Below are positions 34,646 to 44,530 of a stretch of 64,000 nucleotides of DNA, one piece after another. The notes below the pieces were generated by a model, which worked only from the letters and a program-made list of their open reading frames with translations, did no database searches and was not told the DNA's origin. The DNA comes from Rebecca billardiae RCC1528 (Eukaryota; Protista; Haptophyta), in contig OZ251225.1 of the NCBI GenBank assembly GCA_965240325.2, positions 2,914,001-2,978,000 on the forward strand. Direction: 5' to 3'. A program made the translations under genes and the position numbers. The first letter of the stretch is position 1, and each line of letters begins with the position of its first letter.

Positions 34646-34661
34646 GGTGTATATCTACACC
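34646..34661 (+). promoter_or_regulatory. Histone 3' stem-loop-like element (H2B)
   Basis: GGTGTATATCTACACC, about 100 nt after the spliced stop codon. Confidence 0.85.
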
Positions 34662-35721
34662 CCTGCAGACATCTCATCGGTGCAACCAGGGCTACGGCTG
34701 GCTTTGGCAGCCAGCCGCATTGTCCTGCGTGGCACACTACCCCGATCTTCATCGACCAACTGCGCGTCCCGCCGCGACGGCGACGGCCGGCTCGAACGCC
34801 CGAGCCGGGGTGACTCTGCAGTCTGCTGAGTGAGGAGTCGCGCGGAGCGCCAGCGAGGCCTGGCATGGTAAGGTAAGGCACGCGCGCGCGCCCCTGCTGC
34901 GCTCTACCGCGCGCGACGAAATCAAGAACCATTACGAATATATTTTTTAAATTAAATTTTAAAAGCTCTAGGACTAGGCGGTGGCGTCGGGCGCCTCTGG
35001 CGTCGGCCGATTGCCGAACCGTGACGACTAGTGACTGCAATAAAGTAACCGAGGCTAGAGTCTGACTCAGATACTGCTGCTATTAGATCGCGGCGGATCG
35101 AGAGAGCGTACCGATGTCGATGACTACGACGGATGTCGAGATGTCATCTAATTCCATCGGGCCAGGCCCGGGCCAGGGCCCGCCGGCCCCGGGCCCGGCA
35201 TCGGCCATCGGGCGGCCGTACCCGGGCGGCCGCGGCCGGTCGCCTCGGCCGGGCGGTGGTGAAGTGTCGAGCGAGCTGACTGAGTAGACAGTGGTGAGTG
35301 CCGTGGCGCCGCATCAATGGCGCATTAGACGCGAGATGGAGTGATGGCTCACTTGGATGGGGCGAAACTTCCGCCGCCTTCGGGGGGAAGACAGACGGGG
35401 AAGTGCGGCCGAGTGCCGTACGACTACGGAGTACGGGAAGTGGCGGCCGAGTGCCGAATGGCGAATGGGATGATGAGTGAGGATCGGCGAGCAGTGTCAG
35501 TTGATTGACAGAGCCGGGTCGCGGCAAAGGGCGAGATGATAGATGCCGCCAGTGAGGGGAGGATGCGGCGCCGTGCGGCCGTGCTCGGCGGGCCCACCCG
35601 TCGACTGCGACGCCGGTCTGAGCGACAGCTCAGTGCGCCGGAGCGCAGCAGGCCGCACGCTCAGCCGTCACCGATCGGCTCGGGGCACGGCACTGGCGCG
35701 GGCATCCGCGACGAAGCAGCC

Positions 35722-37157
35722 TTATTCCGCCCTCTTGCCCGCCGCCGGCGGCAGGCGCACCCACCCCTTGGAGAGCGCCGTCCGCATCGACCAAGGCGCC
35801 TCGTGCGCGGGTGCGTTCCACGTCCACCAGAACGTGCCGACCGTGTACGGCCAGCGGGAGTACGCGCGGAGCTGCCTCGCGGCGAAGGCGCTGTGCAGCT
35901 TGCTGCGCGCGCCGTCGTCGAGCCGATTGTACTCCTCCGAGAGGGCGCCCTCGAACGGTACCTGCACCCAGCACGCCGGCGCCGGGCGTGCACGGCCCGC
36001 GACCGCGGCAGGCGCGCGTTTGCGTGGTGAGCAAGGTGCACCACGCGTCGCGCGCGCGCGGGCGCGGCGTCCACCCACCCCGCCGCGCGTTTCCGCACGC
36101 GCGCGCGCCCCTCCCCACGCCCGCCCGCCCGCCGCGCCGCGCCGCCCCGCGCTCACGGGCGCCGCACCTTGAGCGACCACTCGCCGACGACCGTGGCGCG
36201 CCCCGCGAGCGCGAGGAAGAGCGCCTGCACGTCCACAAACAGACCGGTCAGCCGCGCGAGCGAGAGCGCCTTGTGCAGCTCCTGCGGCAGGAAGGCGTAG
36301 TAGAGGTGCGCGTCGTACACGAGGTTGGGGTACCGCCTCGGCGGCATGTCCACGTTCAGCCGCCAGCCGTGCGCGATCACGTTGGGCACCGGGTACAGGT
36401 TGACGACCACCGCCACCTTCTCCGGCGCGCAGCCCGCGCGCCGCACCGCGTCGTAAGCGCGCCTGTAGAACGGGAGCAGCGCGGCGTACGGCAGCTCGGG
36501 CTCGTTGAGCAGCTCGATGGCGACGAGCGCGGGCGAGGACGCGTACCGCTGCGCGACCGTCTCGATCGTGCGCACCGCCGCGTCCGCGTTGAAGCGGTGC
36601 GGCTCCCAGCCATGCAGCTGCTCGCCAGAGGTCTGTGCACCCGACTGGCTGCCGGGCGCGCCGTGCAGGTCGAGCATGACCTTGAGCCCGAGCTCCTCGG
36701 CCCAGCGCATCGCGTCGTCGAGGTAGCCGAGCCCTCGGCCCGCGAAGAAGTCGCTCTGGTGCACCGACTCGTCCACGACCCAGTACCCGAAGGGGATGCG
36801 CACCGCGTTGATGCCAAGCGCGCGCATCGCCTCAAAGTCCTTGCGCGTCACGTACTGCTCGCGGAAGGTGGCGAGGCGGTCCAGCTCGTCCTTCTCGCGG
36901 AGGATGCGCGTGAGCGAGTGCTCGCACTCCGCATGCGGACCGCCCTCGAACGGGCTCGCGATCGGGCCGTGCTCGACGGACTCCTGGTTGGCCCCCACCA
37001 GCCAGCGCTCGAGCACGAGCCAGCCGCCCACGTTGACGCCGACCAGGCCGCCGTGGGCGCGGCGCCACTCGGCGCCAGCCGGGTCGTGCACCGTGCGCGC
37101 AATCCACAGCCCGGCCAGCGCCGCGCCCACGCCCGCCAACAAGGCCGCCTTCACCAT
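35722..37157 (-). CDS. GH5 exo-1,3-beta-glucanase-like glycoside hydrolase. Exons 37157-36168 and 35961-35722
   Basis: GVNVGGWLVLERW, VRIPFGYW, LDLHGAPGSQ, IELLNEP (acid/base), DAHLYY, VVGEWS (nucleophile), FWWTW; N-terminal signal or anchor. Confidence 0.92.
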
Positions 37158-37452
37158 GGGCTGTGCGCGCCGACGACGGTCTTGGGCTGCTTGACCTTTT
37201 GCTGCGCACGCCCGCCGCTCCGGTGGGCGCGAGCAAGCGCGCGGGGGGCGAGGGCCGAGGGCAAATTCGCAGGACTGCTCGTTGTCCGGTGCCCACGGTC
37301 GGCGTTGATGGATCGACAACGCTGTGCAGGGGCAAGCAGGGCGGGGTGAGTCGAAGGTCCACGGCCGTCGTCGGCTGGACGAGGGCGCGCGGTTTGGAGG
37401 TTGCATGCGGCTGCGCTCGACGCGCGTGGTCCGCCGAGGGCGCAAGCCGGTC

Positions 37453-38769
37453 ATGCCCGAGAGCGACCGCGCGACACAGCGCATGCGATGCGCGCGCGAG
37501 GTCTGCGCCGTGGACGACCCGTTCTTTGCCAAGGAGACGCGCGTGCGCGGCATCCCCATCCGGGCAGCCGCGTGCGTCGAGGACGCGGCGCTCACAGTGG
37601 CGGCGGACCGCATGTCCCGCCAGCTCTGTGGGCTGCCGCAGTCCGTGATCAACCGGCTCGTCGCCCTCGACGCCTCGGTCCATATCATCGGCCGCGGCCA
37701 GGCCACCTCTGACCTGCCTGAGCACGCTCACATGCGCAACGTGCGCGGCGGCTACACCAAGGAAGACGACATCACGGTCGACCAGCGCACGCGCGGCATG
37801 GGCGGGCTCAAGTCGAGCTGCGGCGAGGAGAATCTGCTCAACATCGACGACGACCCGTGCTACGCCGGCCGCGACATCCTCACCCACGAGTTTGCACACG
37901 CCATCATGGACTACGGCTTGCCTCGCGCGGTGGTCGACGCGATCCGCGCGCAGCACGCCGCGGCCGTGGAGGCGGGGCTGTGGCGCCGGCCGGACGGGGC
38001 GCTCGCGTACGCCGGTTCAAACGCCTCCGAGTACTGGGCCGAGCTCTCCATGTGGTACTTCGGCTCGCACGGCGAGTGGGTCGACGCGACGGCGCGCGCG
38101 CCCGCCGTGGGCCCGGCTGCGCTCGCAGCGTATGACCGCGCGGGCTTCGAGCTGCTCGGCGCCGTGTACAACGGCTCGCACGCGGCGTACGCGGCGGGCG
38201 ACGACGGGCAGGACACGCTGATCCGCGTGCTCAACACCACGCCCATCGACCCCATCCCCGCCGACGCGCCCTCGGACGTGCTCGTCTCCGTCAACGCGGA
38301 CGGCGACCCGTCGACGCTCGTCTTCCGAAACTCGAGCGCTGTCGACCACGAGCTGCTGTGGGTCGACCCGTCGGGCGACGCGCATGTGTACGGGCGCGTG
38401 CCCGCCGGGAGCTCGACGGTGCAGAACACGTACGCCGGGCACGTGTGGCGGCTCGTCGCCTTGCCGCGCGCGGGCGCGCCCGCGCCCGCGCCCCCGCCCC
38501 AGGACCTGCACTACTGCGCACCCGCCGGCGCCTGCCTCGTCGTGCTCGGCGCGGACGGCAGCGCCGCCGAGCGCGCCGCCGGCGGGAGCACCGACGTGGC
38601 GTCGGACAAAAAGAAGGCGCGGCGCGGGCGTCGGGGCGCGCGGGGGCGCGGGGGCGGGAAGGGCAAGGGCGGAGGCGCCGAGCTCGCCGAGCCTCTCGCC
38701 GTCCTCTCCTCGCCCGCGAGCGCCGAGATGGCCGCGCCTTTGGTCGTGGGCGGCCCCGCGGCCGCGTGA
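37453..38769 (+). CDS. HEXXH zinc metallopeptidase-like domain fused to a VHL beta-domain
   Basis: RGMGG..GEENLL..ILTHEFAHAI..YAGSNASEYWAE; then LVFRNSS..LLWVDPSG..YGRV..G....QNTYAGHVWRL (VHL-like). The start codon is uncertain. Confidence 0.75.
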   Translation: MPESDRATQRMRCAREVCAVDDPFFAKETRVRGIPIRAAACVEDAALTVAADRMSRQLCGLPQSVINRLVALDASVHIIGRGQATSDLPEHAHMRNVRGGYTKEDDITVDQRTRGMGGLKSSCGEENLLNIDDDPCYAGRDILTHEFAHAIMDYGLPRAVVDAIRAQHAAAVEAGLWRRPDGALAYAGSNASEYWAELSMWYFGSHGEWVDATARAPAVGPAALAAYDRAGFELLGAVYNGSHAAYAAGDDGQDTLIRVLNTTPIDPIPADAPSDVLVSVNADGDPSTLVFRNSSAVDHELLWVDPSGDAHVYGRVPAGSSTVQNTYAGHVWRLVALPRAGAPAPAPPPQDLHYCAPAGACLVVLGADGSAAERAAGGSTDVASDKKKARRGRRGARGRGGGKGKGGGAELAEPLAVLSSPASAEMAAPLVVGGPAAA

Positions 38770-38959
38770 GTCGAGAGCAGCTCGCGCAGTTTCCGCAGCC
38801 TGCTGCGTGGTGCGCCCAGCGTGATACTCCATGGCGCAGGTCCGCGTGGCAGCCGCCTCGAGGAGGTGGCTGCAGGTGCGGACGGTTCACAGGGTGCGTG
38901 CGCGATTCGGGTCGGCCGACAGCCGCCCCTGCTCGGCGACCGGGCACCGGCGGTAGTGA

Positions 38960-39012
38960 GGGCCCCCGGCGAGGGCTCCACTCTACGCGCTCCGCCCTGC
39001 ACCGTGGGCCAT
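38960..39012. repeat. Second copy of the right end of the 32234-32590 element
   Basis: GGGCTCCAC.CT.CGCGCTCCGCCCTGCACCG.GGGCCAT is shared with about 32536-32589. Confidence 0.7.
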
Positions 39013-39236
39013 AATATGTATAACGATCTGACGATATATATATACATGACGGTCAGATACGTATAGGCTCCGTGAGTGATATATGGCGCTGCTGCTATAC
39101 TGGCACTATTACTGGGTGCTCGTCATCAGCAGCGCATCAGTCACAGATTCATGACAGATCAGTCATCAGACCCTGGGCCTGGCGGTGACCCGCCAGCTCA
39201 GTCTGCCTCAGAGACAGAGAAGCATGCATCGTCGTC

Positions 39237-39237
<1 letters not shown>

Positions 39238-39327
<90 letters not shown>
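39238..39327. repeat. (TA)45 microsatellite
   Basis: Read directly from the sequence. Confidence 0.97.
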
Positions 39328-39329
<2 letters not shown>

Positions 39330-39755
39330 CGCCAAGATGGGGCGGGACACGTGGCGCGCGCGCCTCAGCGCGCCCTCGCGCCCCGCCGCCGAGCGCGCGC
39401 TGCTCGGCACCATGCGGCGCGAGCTGGGCATGCGCTGCCTGCGTGGCCAGGCCAAGATGCTCATCGCCCGCGCGCGCATGGCGCACGTGCGCCCGGGGGC
39501 ACGCGCCCGCGGGGGCGCTGCATACGACGACTACTTCGAGACGACTGCTGACGACGCGTGGCACCGCGACCACCGCGGTGGCGCGTGCGCGTCGACGCCA
39601 GACGGTGCGTCGAGCTTCCGCTCGGCGATGGAGTGATGGGCGACTATGAGGGGGGGGACGACGGCGAGGAGCGCTGATCCTGGTGTTTGTCTCTGCTGCT
39701 CGATCTGCTGCTACAGCTTGCTGACTCTGACGCCTGCCCGTTGCATACCACGTCG

Positions 39756-39758
<3 letters not shown>
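39328..39758 (+). mobile_element. 5'-truncated non-LTR retrotransposon 3' end (CRE-like) embedded in a (TA)n tract
   Basis: GC-rich coding fragment with no 5' part (..MRRELGMRCLRGQAKMLIAR.., stop at 39636) plus a 3' UTR, flanked directly by (TA)n on both sides. The peptide resembles the terminal xLSxxLQRGNAxM helix of CRE-type ORFs. Confidence 0.55.

Positions 39759-39829
<71 letters not shown>
39759..39829. repeat. (AT)35 microsatellite
   Basis: Read directly from the sequence. Confidence 0.97.
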
Positions 39830-39830
<1 letters not shown>

Positions 39831-40173
39831 CTTATATTACGACTACTGCGCTACCTACGGCGCACTCGACGACGACGATACAGCTAGTCGTAGTCGTAGC
39901 TATGGTCGCAATATATGAGGCTACAACACTTAACATCACTGACATCACGACGATGACATCACACCAGACAGACGGCGACTACGGCGCCCGCCGGCGGCGC
40001 CGCGGCGGACGCGATTCGCACTGATTCGCGCGACGCCGCGCTGCCCGTGCTCGGCTGTTGGCTGAAGTTGGCTCACGTACTTTGAGGGGCGATGGCTACC
40101 CCGCGAACGCCATGGTGTGCCGCTTGCCACGCCGGAACTGCTGCTAGAGGCTGACTGTAGGGCTGCGCTGCCT

Positions 40174-42342
40174 CTACAGCTCATCCTGACGGATCGGCAT
40201 CTGCTGCGCGTCCAGGGCCTGGCGGAGCTTGAGGTTCTCCGTCTTGAGCGCCGCGACGTGCGCCAGCAGCTCTGCGAGTTGCACGCCGCTCGGCGCGCCG
40301 CCCGGCAGCTCAACGTTGGCCGACGCCGGCTTGGCGGCGGCACTCGGATCAGCCGAGTCGACCACCGGCGTAGCGGTCGCGCAGCCGTCCGTGCCATGCT
40401 GCGCGTGGTCGACGAGGACGTACTCGCGCTCCGCCGGCGATCCCGCCTCCGCCTGCACGGACTCGCCGCCCGCCTGCTCGGACCCGCCCGCCGCGGAGGA
40501 GCCGTCATCCGCCTCGGCCAAGTCGGTGTTCATCATCCCGGCGACGAGCAGCGCGTCGGCCGCGGCGTCGAGCTGCTCATCGTCGGCGCCCTCAGGGTCC
40601 TCAGGGCAGGGCGGCGTGTCGCTCGCGCCCTCGGAGCGGGAGGCCGCCGGCTCGGAGCGGACCATCTCGGCGATGAGGAGCGCGTCGCTCGCGGCGTCGC
40701 GCTCGTCGTCATCGCTCGACTCGCGCGCACCGCGGTCGTCCGCCTGGTCGGTGCCAGAGGCGGCGCCCGGCCGTGCGCACTCGGCGGCGGCGCCGGCGGC
40801 GCTCTCAGCCTTCGCGCCCGCGGCGCCATCGTCTGCCTTGCCGCCGGAGAGGTGCAGCACCAGGGGCGAGGCCTCGCCGCTGGCCAGCTCCTCCGCGTTC
40901 GAGGGCGGCGCGGCCTCCTCCGCCGCCGCCAGCGTGTCGAGCTGCTCAAGCCACGCGTTGATGGCGCGCGAGAGCGACTTGCGCTGGGCACGCGGCGCGT
41001 GCGCGTGCGCACCCGGCTTGTCGGCGAGAGCGTCGAGCGCCAGCAGCTGCTGCGTGAGGCGCTCGGCGGCGGCGCGCCGAGCCGCCGGCGTGCTCCGCGC
41101 GGGCGCGCTCGCGCACGACGCAGACGAGCCCGCCGCCTGCGCAGCCTCGGGCAGCACCTCCGTGGCGATGCGGCGCGCGGCGCGCTCGAGCTCGCACACA
41201 GCTGCGAGCGCGCGCAGCTCAGCGCGCGCCGCGCGGCCGCGCGCGGCCGCCTGAAGGGCGGTCGCGGCGGCGGTGCGGGCCGCGGCGATGCGCTCGCTGC
41301 GCAGCTGCGGCAGCGGCTTGCGAATCGCGCGCACGACGTACCCACGGGCCGCGGCGCCGATCGCCACGGCGGCGCGCGTGCGCAGGCGCTGCTGAGTCTC
41401 ACGCAGCTGCGCGCGCAGCGCGCTCAGCGGCATGGGCTCGGGCGAGGCCTTGGGGCTCGCGCGGGGGGAGGGCTTCGGCTTGGGCGCGGTGGGCTTAGGG
41501 TCGCGACTCGTCGTGACCGGCACCTTGGTGGCCTTGGGCTTGGGCTTGCTCTCCGCCGCTGGCGGCGCGAGATTCGGCTGCGGAGCGCCCGCGGCCGCCG
41601 CCGCGCCCGCAGGCGCGGGTGCCGCATGCGTGGGCGCGGGCTGCGGAGCGCGACTCGTCGTGATCGGCACCGCGGTCGTCTTCTGCTCGGACTTGGCCGC
41701 GCACGGCGCGTGCTTGGGCGACGCGTGCGCGCTCCCACGCCCCTCCGCCGCGCCGCCGGCCTCGGCCGCCTGCGCGCGCTCCGCGTGCGCCGCCGCCGGC
41801 TCCTGCTGAGTCTCGTCGAGGCCGAGCAAAGCGAGGAGCAGCTGCTGCGCCTCGAGCTGCTCGGCGGTGGGGCGCTGCTCCGCGGCGCGGCGCGCGAGCT
41901 CGCGCATCTTGGCCTCGCGGTCGGCGATCACCTTGCGCCGCGCCATCTCGACGTCCTCCGCGCTTGGCTGCGCGCCCCGCGCAGCGCGTGCGGGCGCGGC
42001 GCCGACAGGCGTCGCGGCGAATGAGTACGGCATGGCGTAGGCCCAGGGAGGGAGATGGGGCACGACGTGCGGGTCGTCGTAGGCAAAGGCGTCGTCAGGC
42101 GAGTGCCGATCTTCTGCGGCGAGGCGCGCGAGCTCGCGTGCCTTCGCCTCGCGCGCCGCTTGCTGCATCCGCCGCGCCATCTCGAGCTCCTCGGCCGCCG
42201 GCCGCGCGCTCCGTGTGCGGCGGGCGGGCATGGAGGCGACGGGCGGGGTGGGGTGCGAGTAGGGCATGGCGTACGCCCAGGGAGCGACGTGAGGGACTTC
42301 GTGCGGCTCGTCGTACCTGCCGGGGACGGCGTAGTAGTACAT
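40174..42342 (-). CDS. IQ-motif plus BAG-domain co-chaperone-like protein with an N-terminal internal duplication
   Basis: IQ-like AAVAIGAAARGYVVR and AATALQAAARGRAAR; BAG-like ERLTQQLLALDAL..RAQRKSLSRAINAWLEQLD. The true start is likely MYYYAVP at 42342; the upstream part of the listed ORF is the antisense of the next gene. Confidence 0.7.
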   Translation of the reverse strand: MYYYAVPGRYDEPHEVPHVAPWAYAMPYSHPTPPVASMPARRTRSARPAAEELEMARRMQQAAREAKARELARLAAEDRHSPDDAFAYDDPHVVPHLPPWAYAMPYSFAATPVGAAPARAARGAQPSAEDVEMARRKVIADREAKMRELARRAAEQRPTAEQLEAQQLLLALLGLDETQQEPAAAHAERAQAAEAGGAAEGRGSAHASPKHAPCAAKSEQKTTAVPITTSRAPQPAPTHAAPAPAGAAAAAGAPQPNLAPPAAESKPKPKATKVPVTTSRDPKPTAPKPKPSPRASPKASPEPMPLSALRAQLRETQQRLRTRAAVAIGAAARGYVVRAIRKPLPQLRSERIAAARTAAATALQAAARGRAARAELRALAAVCELERAARRIATEVLPEAAQAAGSSASCASAPARSTPAARRAAAERLTQQLLALDALADKPGAHAHAPRAQRKSLSRAINAWLEQLDTLAAAEEAAPPSNAEELASGEASPLVLHLSGGKADDGAAGAKAESAAGAAAECARPGAASGTDQADDRGARESSDDDERDAASDALLIAEMVRSEPAASRSEGASDTPPCPEDPEGADDEQLDAAADALLVAGMMNTDLAEADDGSSAAGGSEQAGGESVQAEAGSPAEREYVLVDHAQHGTDGCATATPVVDSADPSAAAKPASANVELPGGAPSGVQLAELLAHVAALKTENLKLRQALDAQQMPIRQDEL

Positions 42343-42609
42343 CTCGGTGTTGAAGCTGGCGGTCGGGTTGCGGACGGTCGGTCTCGGGGGCTGGTCTCGG
42401 CTTCGCGCCGCGTCCAGGCTCCAGCAAGCCTGCCGTTTGGCGCGTCGAGATGACGAGATCGCGTTCCAGACGCAGCTCCAGACGTACGTACGTTCAACGT
42501 GTACGAGTGCTTCCCGGCCGTTCATCCGAGCATTCCGAGTCCAGACGCGGGTGGTCCGGCTCTGCGCTCCGGTGGCGGTGGCGCCTCGGTCGACCGGTAG
42601 TCGCGCAAG

Positions 42610-43512
42610 ATGGCGGCGACCGCGGCGCTCATCCACTTGTTGGCCGTGGGCTTGTCTATGCCTCAGGGGACAATCCAGCTGGCGACAGCGCGCTCCCTCC
42701 TGAGCGCGTACGACCAGGGCCACCGTCGCGCCGCGGCAGAAGGCGGGGAGGGGATGGGCGGCGCGATCTCGGCCAACAAGTGGGCCGCCTCCGCAGACCG
42801 CGAGGCGCTTGCTGCGGCGATGCAGACGGTCTCCTCCCATGCGGAGCGGGTGATGCTCGGGTTCTGCGCGGACGATGTGGACAGCGGCGTGCGCGCGCTC
42901 AAGAGCTGGGTCGGCGCGCTCAGCCTGCCCCGCGGCCGGCTGCACGGGATGGACGCCGACGGCGTGCCGCTCGACATGAGCACCTTTGGCTCGTGCTACA
43001 TCAAGTACAACAGCCTGCCCACCGCGGGGGATCCGCCAGGGAGCGCGCTGCTGTCCGGGTACGACGGCGACTTCCGCGGCGTGTACTTCTCGCCGGACCT
43101 CGGCGAGGACTTTGAGTTCGCGCAGTACGGCGTGCTGCCGCTCGACGTCTTTGGCGCGGACGCGCGTGCGGACGGCTCCGCGCGCTCGGTCGCGCCCGGC
43201 TCGGCCAAAGCGTCGACGCCGGCCGACGGGCCGGGGCCGAGCTCTGCGCCGGCCGCGCCTTCCCCCTCGACCCGCGGGCCCCGCGCGCTCCACGCCAAGC
43301 TCGCAGAGGAGGCCGTGGCGGAGCTGCTCCCCGACGTGCACGCGGCAGGCGGCAGCCTGCGCCTCCTGGACGCCACGCCGGAGGGAGGGGTCACGCTGGC
43401 ATTCCACGGGCCGGCGCGGCTGCAGACGGGCGTCGAGGTGGCTCTGCGCGCCAGCAAGCTGGCGAAGATCACGGAGGTAGTCTTCGTCGACGCCGCCGCG
43501 GATGGCGCGTGA
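42610..43512 (+). CDS. DUF1824-like protein with a signal peptide and a C-terminal cysteine-less NifU-like domain
   Basis: MLGFCADD...GVRALKSWVGAL..YIKYN..Y.GDFRGV..YGVLPLDVF; C-terminal AVAELLPDVHAAGGSLRLL..VTLAFHG. Confidence 0.7.
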   Translation: MAATAALIHLLAVGLSMPQGTIQLATARSLLSAYDQGHRRAAAEGGEGMGGAISANKWAASADREALAAAMQTVSSHAERVMLGFCADDVDSGVRALKSWVGALSLPRGRLHGMDADGVPLDMSTFGSCYIKYNSLPTAGDPPGSALLSGYDGDFRGVYFSPDLGEDFEFAQYGVLPLDVFGADARADGSARSVAPGSAKASTPADGPGPSSAPAAPSPSTRGPRALHAKLAEEAVAELLPDVHAAGGSLRLLDATPEGGVTLAFHGPARLQTGVEVALRASKLAKITEVVFVDAAADGA

Positions 43513-43922
43513 CGGACCCGTGCGACTCGGAGGCGGCGCCAATCAGCGCCGCCACTCAGCAGTGACTCAGCTCCCGGCCCCGCGGGCCCCGGCGGTCGAG
43601 TCGTACCATGTCGAACGACCGTGAATCGTTACGACGATTTATTGCTGCGACGATACTGTATGTCCGATCAGGACGTTGGCCCGTCGCCGGTGCCCGTCGC
43701 CGGTGCCACCAGTTGCATGTCAGTGGCATGCGCAGCCCGAGCGCAGCATACGGTTGAGGAACTGCGCCCGTGTAGAGCAGGAGCTGAAGAGCACCGAGCA
43801 GACTGAGACTGGCTCCGTGGCTGACGTGGTGACTCGGCGCGGAAGCCGAAGTGTCGCAGCAGTAGCAGTTATAACTCGTCAGTCGTAGTAGTAGTCGTAG
43901 CATATATATATATATAGTTCAT

Positions 43923-44530
43923 GGCTCCGGCTCCGGTCCAACCCCCCCCCAGCTCCGCTACGTCTTGGCCCCAAGTTGCCGCCCAAGCCGGAAGTGGCGG
44001 AAGTCAACCCGATAAAGCGGATACCATGCAGCAGTATATTAGAGTCCCTTCCGACCCGGCCGGCGATTGATGAATTCAAGTTCAACGACGACTACGACGA
44101 GAAATGTCGTACTCGTCGCATCCGACCACCCCCCAATACTCAATAGGTTCAGACTCTAGCTATTTTTACTATGTAATTACCCGTCCCCTACTCATATTTA
44201 AGCACAGTCCGGAGCGTTCCAGACACGACTGTATACATATGCGAATTGATGATACCCGGACTGGGTATTTAGAGTTTAGTTATTGAAAATAGAGTCTGAA
44301 CCTATTGGAGGTGTGGCGCGCTGATTACTATATCCACCTGGCCGTATAATATATATGGCATCGTCCAAGGGACCGCCTGGGGTGGTCCGAGGAGAGCTGA
44401 TGCTCTATTGTAGATCACCAGAGGCGGCGATCCCGCCGATTACAGTAGTGTCAAGATGTAAGTATCATATAACGCTCCACTGATGACCGGACCCGGTGGG
44501 GGTGGGGTCGGGACCGAAGCCGGACGAGCC
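43923..44530. mobile_element. Nested-IR element, copy 2 (inner IR 44141-44307), lying between two (TA)n tracts
   Basis: CAATAGGTTCAGACTCT...AGAGTCTGAACCTATTG; interior similar to 19991-20130; degenerate outer arms GGCTCCGGCTCCGGT.. and ..ACCGAAGCCGGACGAGCC. Confidence 0.65.

Noticed and set aside
35150-35260. GC-rich palindromic patches (also about 12925-12990, 17285-17345, 30010-30060)
   Set aside because: Self-complementarity is expected at this GC content, and I could not define a shared consensus
11336-37157. Possible sulfated-polysaccharide cluster (two sulfotransferases, PMM, GH5)
   Set aside because: The genes are interspersed with unrelated housekeeping genes, there is no glycosyltransferase, and sulfotransferases are a large family in algae
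39076-39573. ORFs with YIYIYI runs
   Set aside because: Translation of the (TA)n microsatellite
42343-43542. N-terminal 400 aa of the listed 1122-aa minus ORF, apparently overlapping the DUF1824 gene
   Set aside because: It is the antisense shadow of 42610-43512 and starts at a non-ATG codon; the real start is probably 42342
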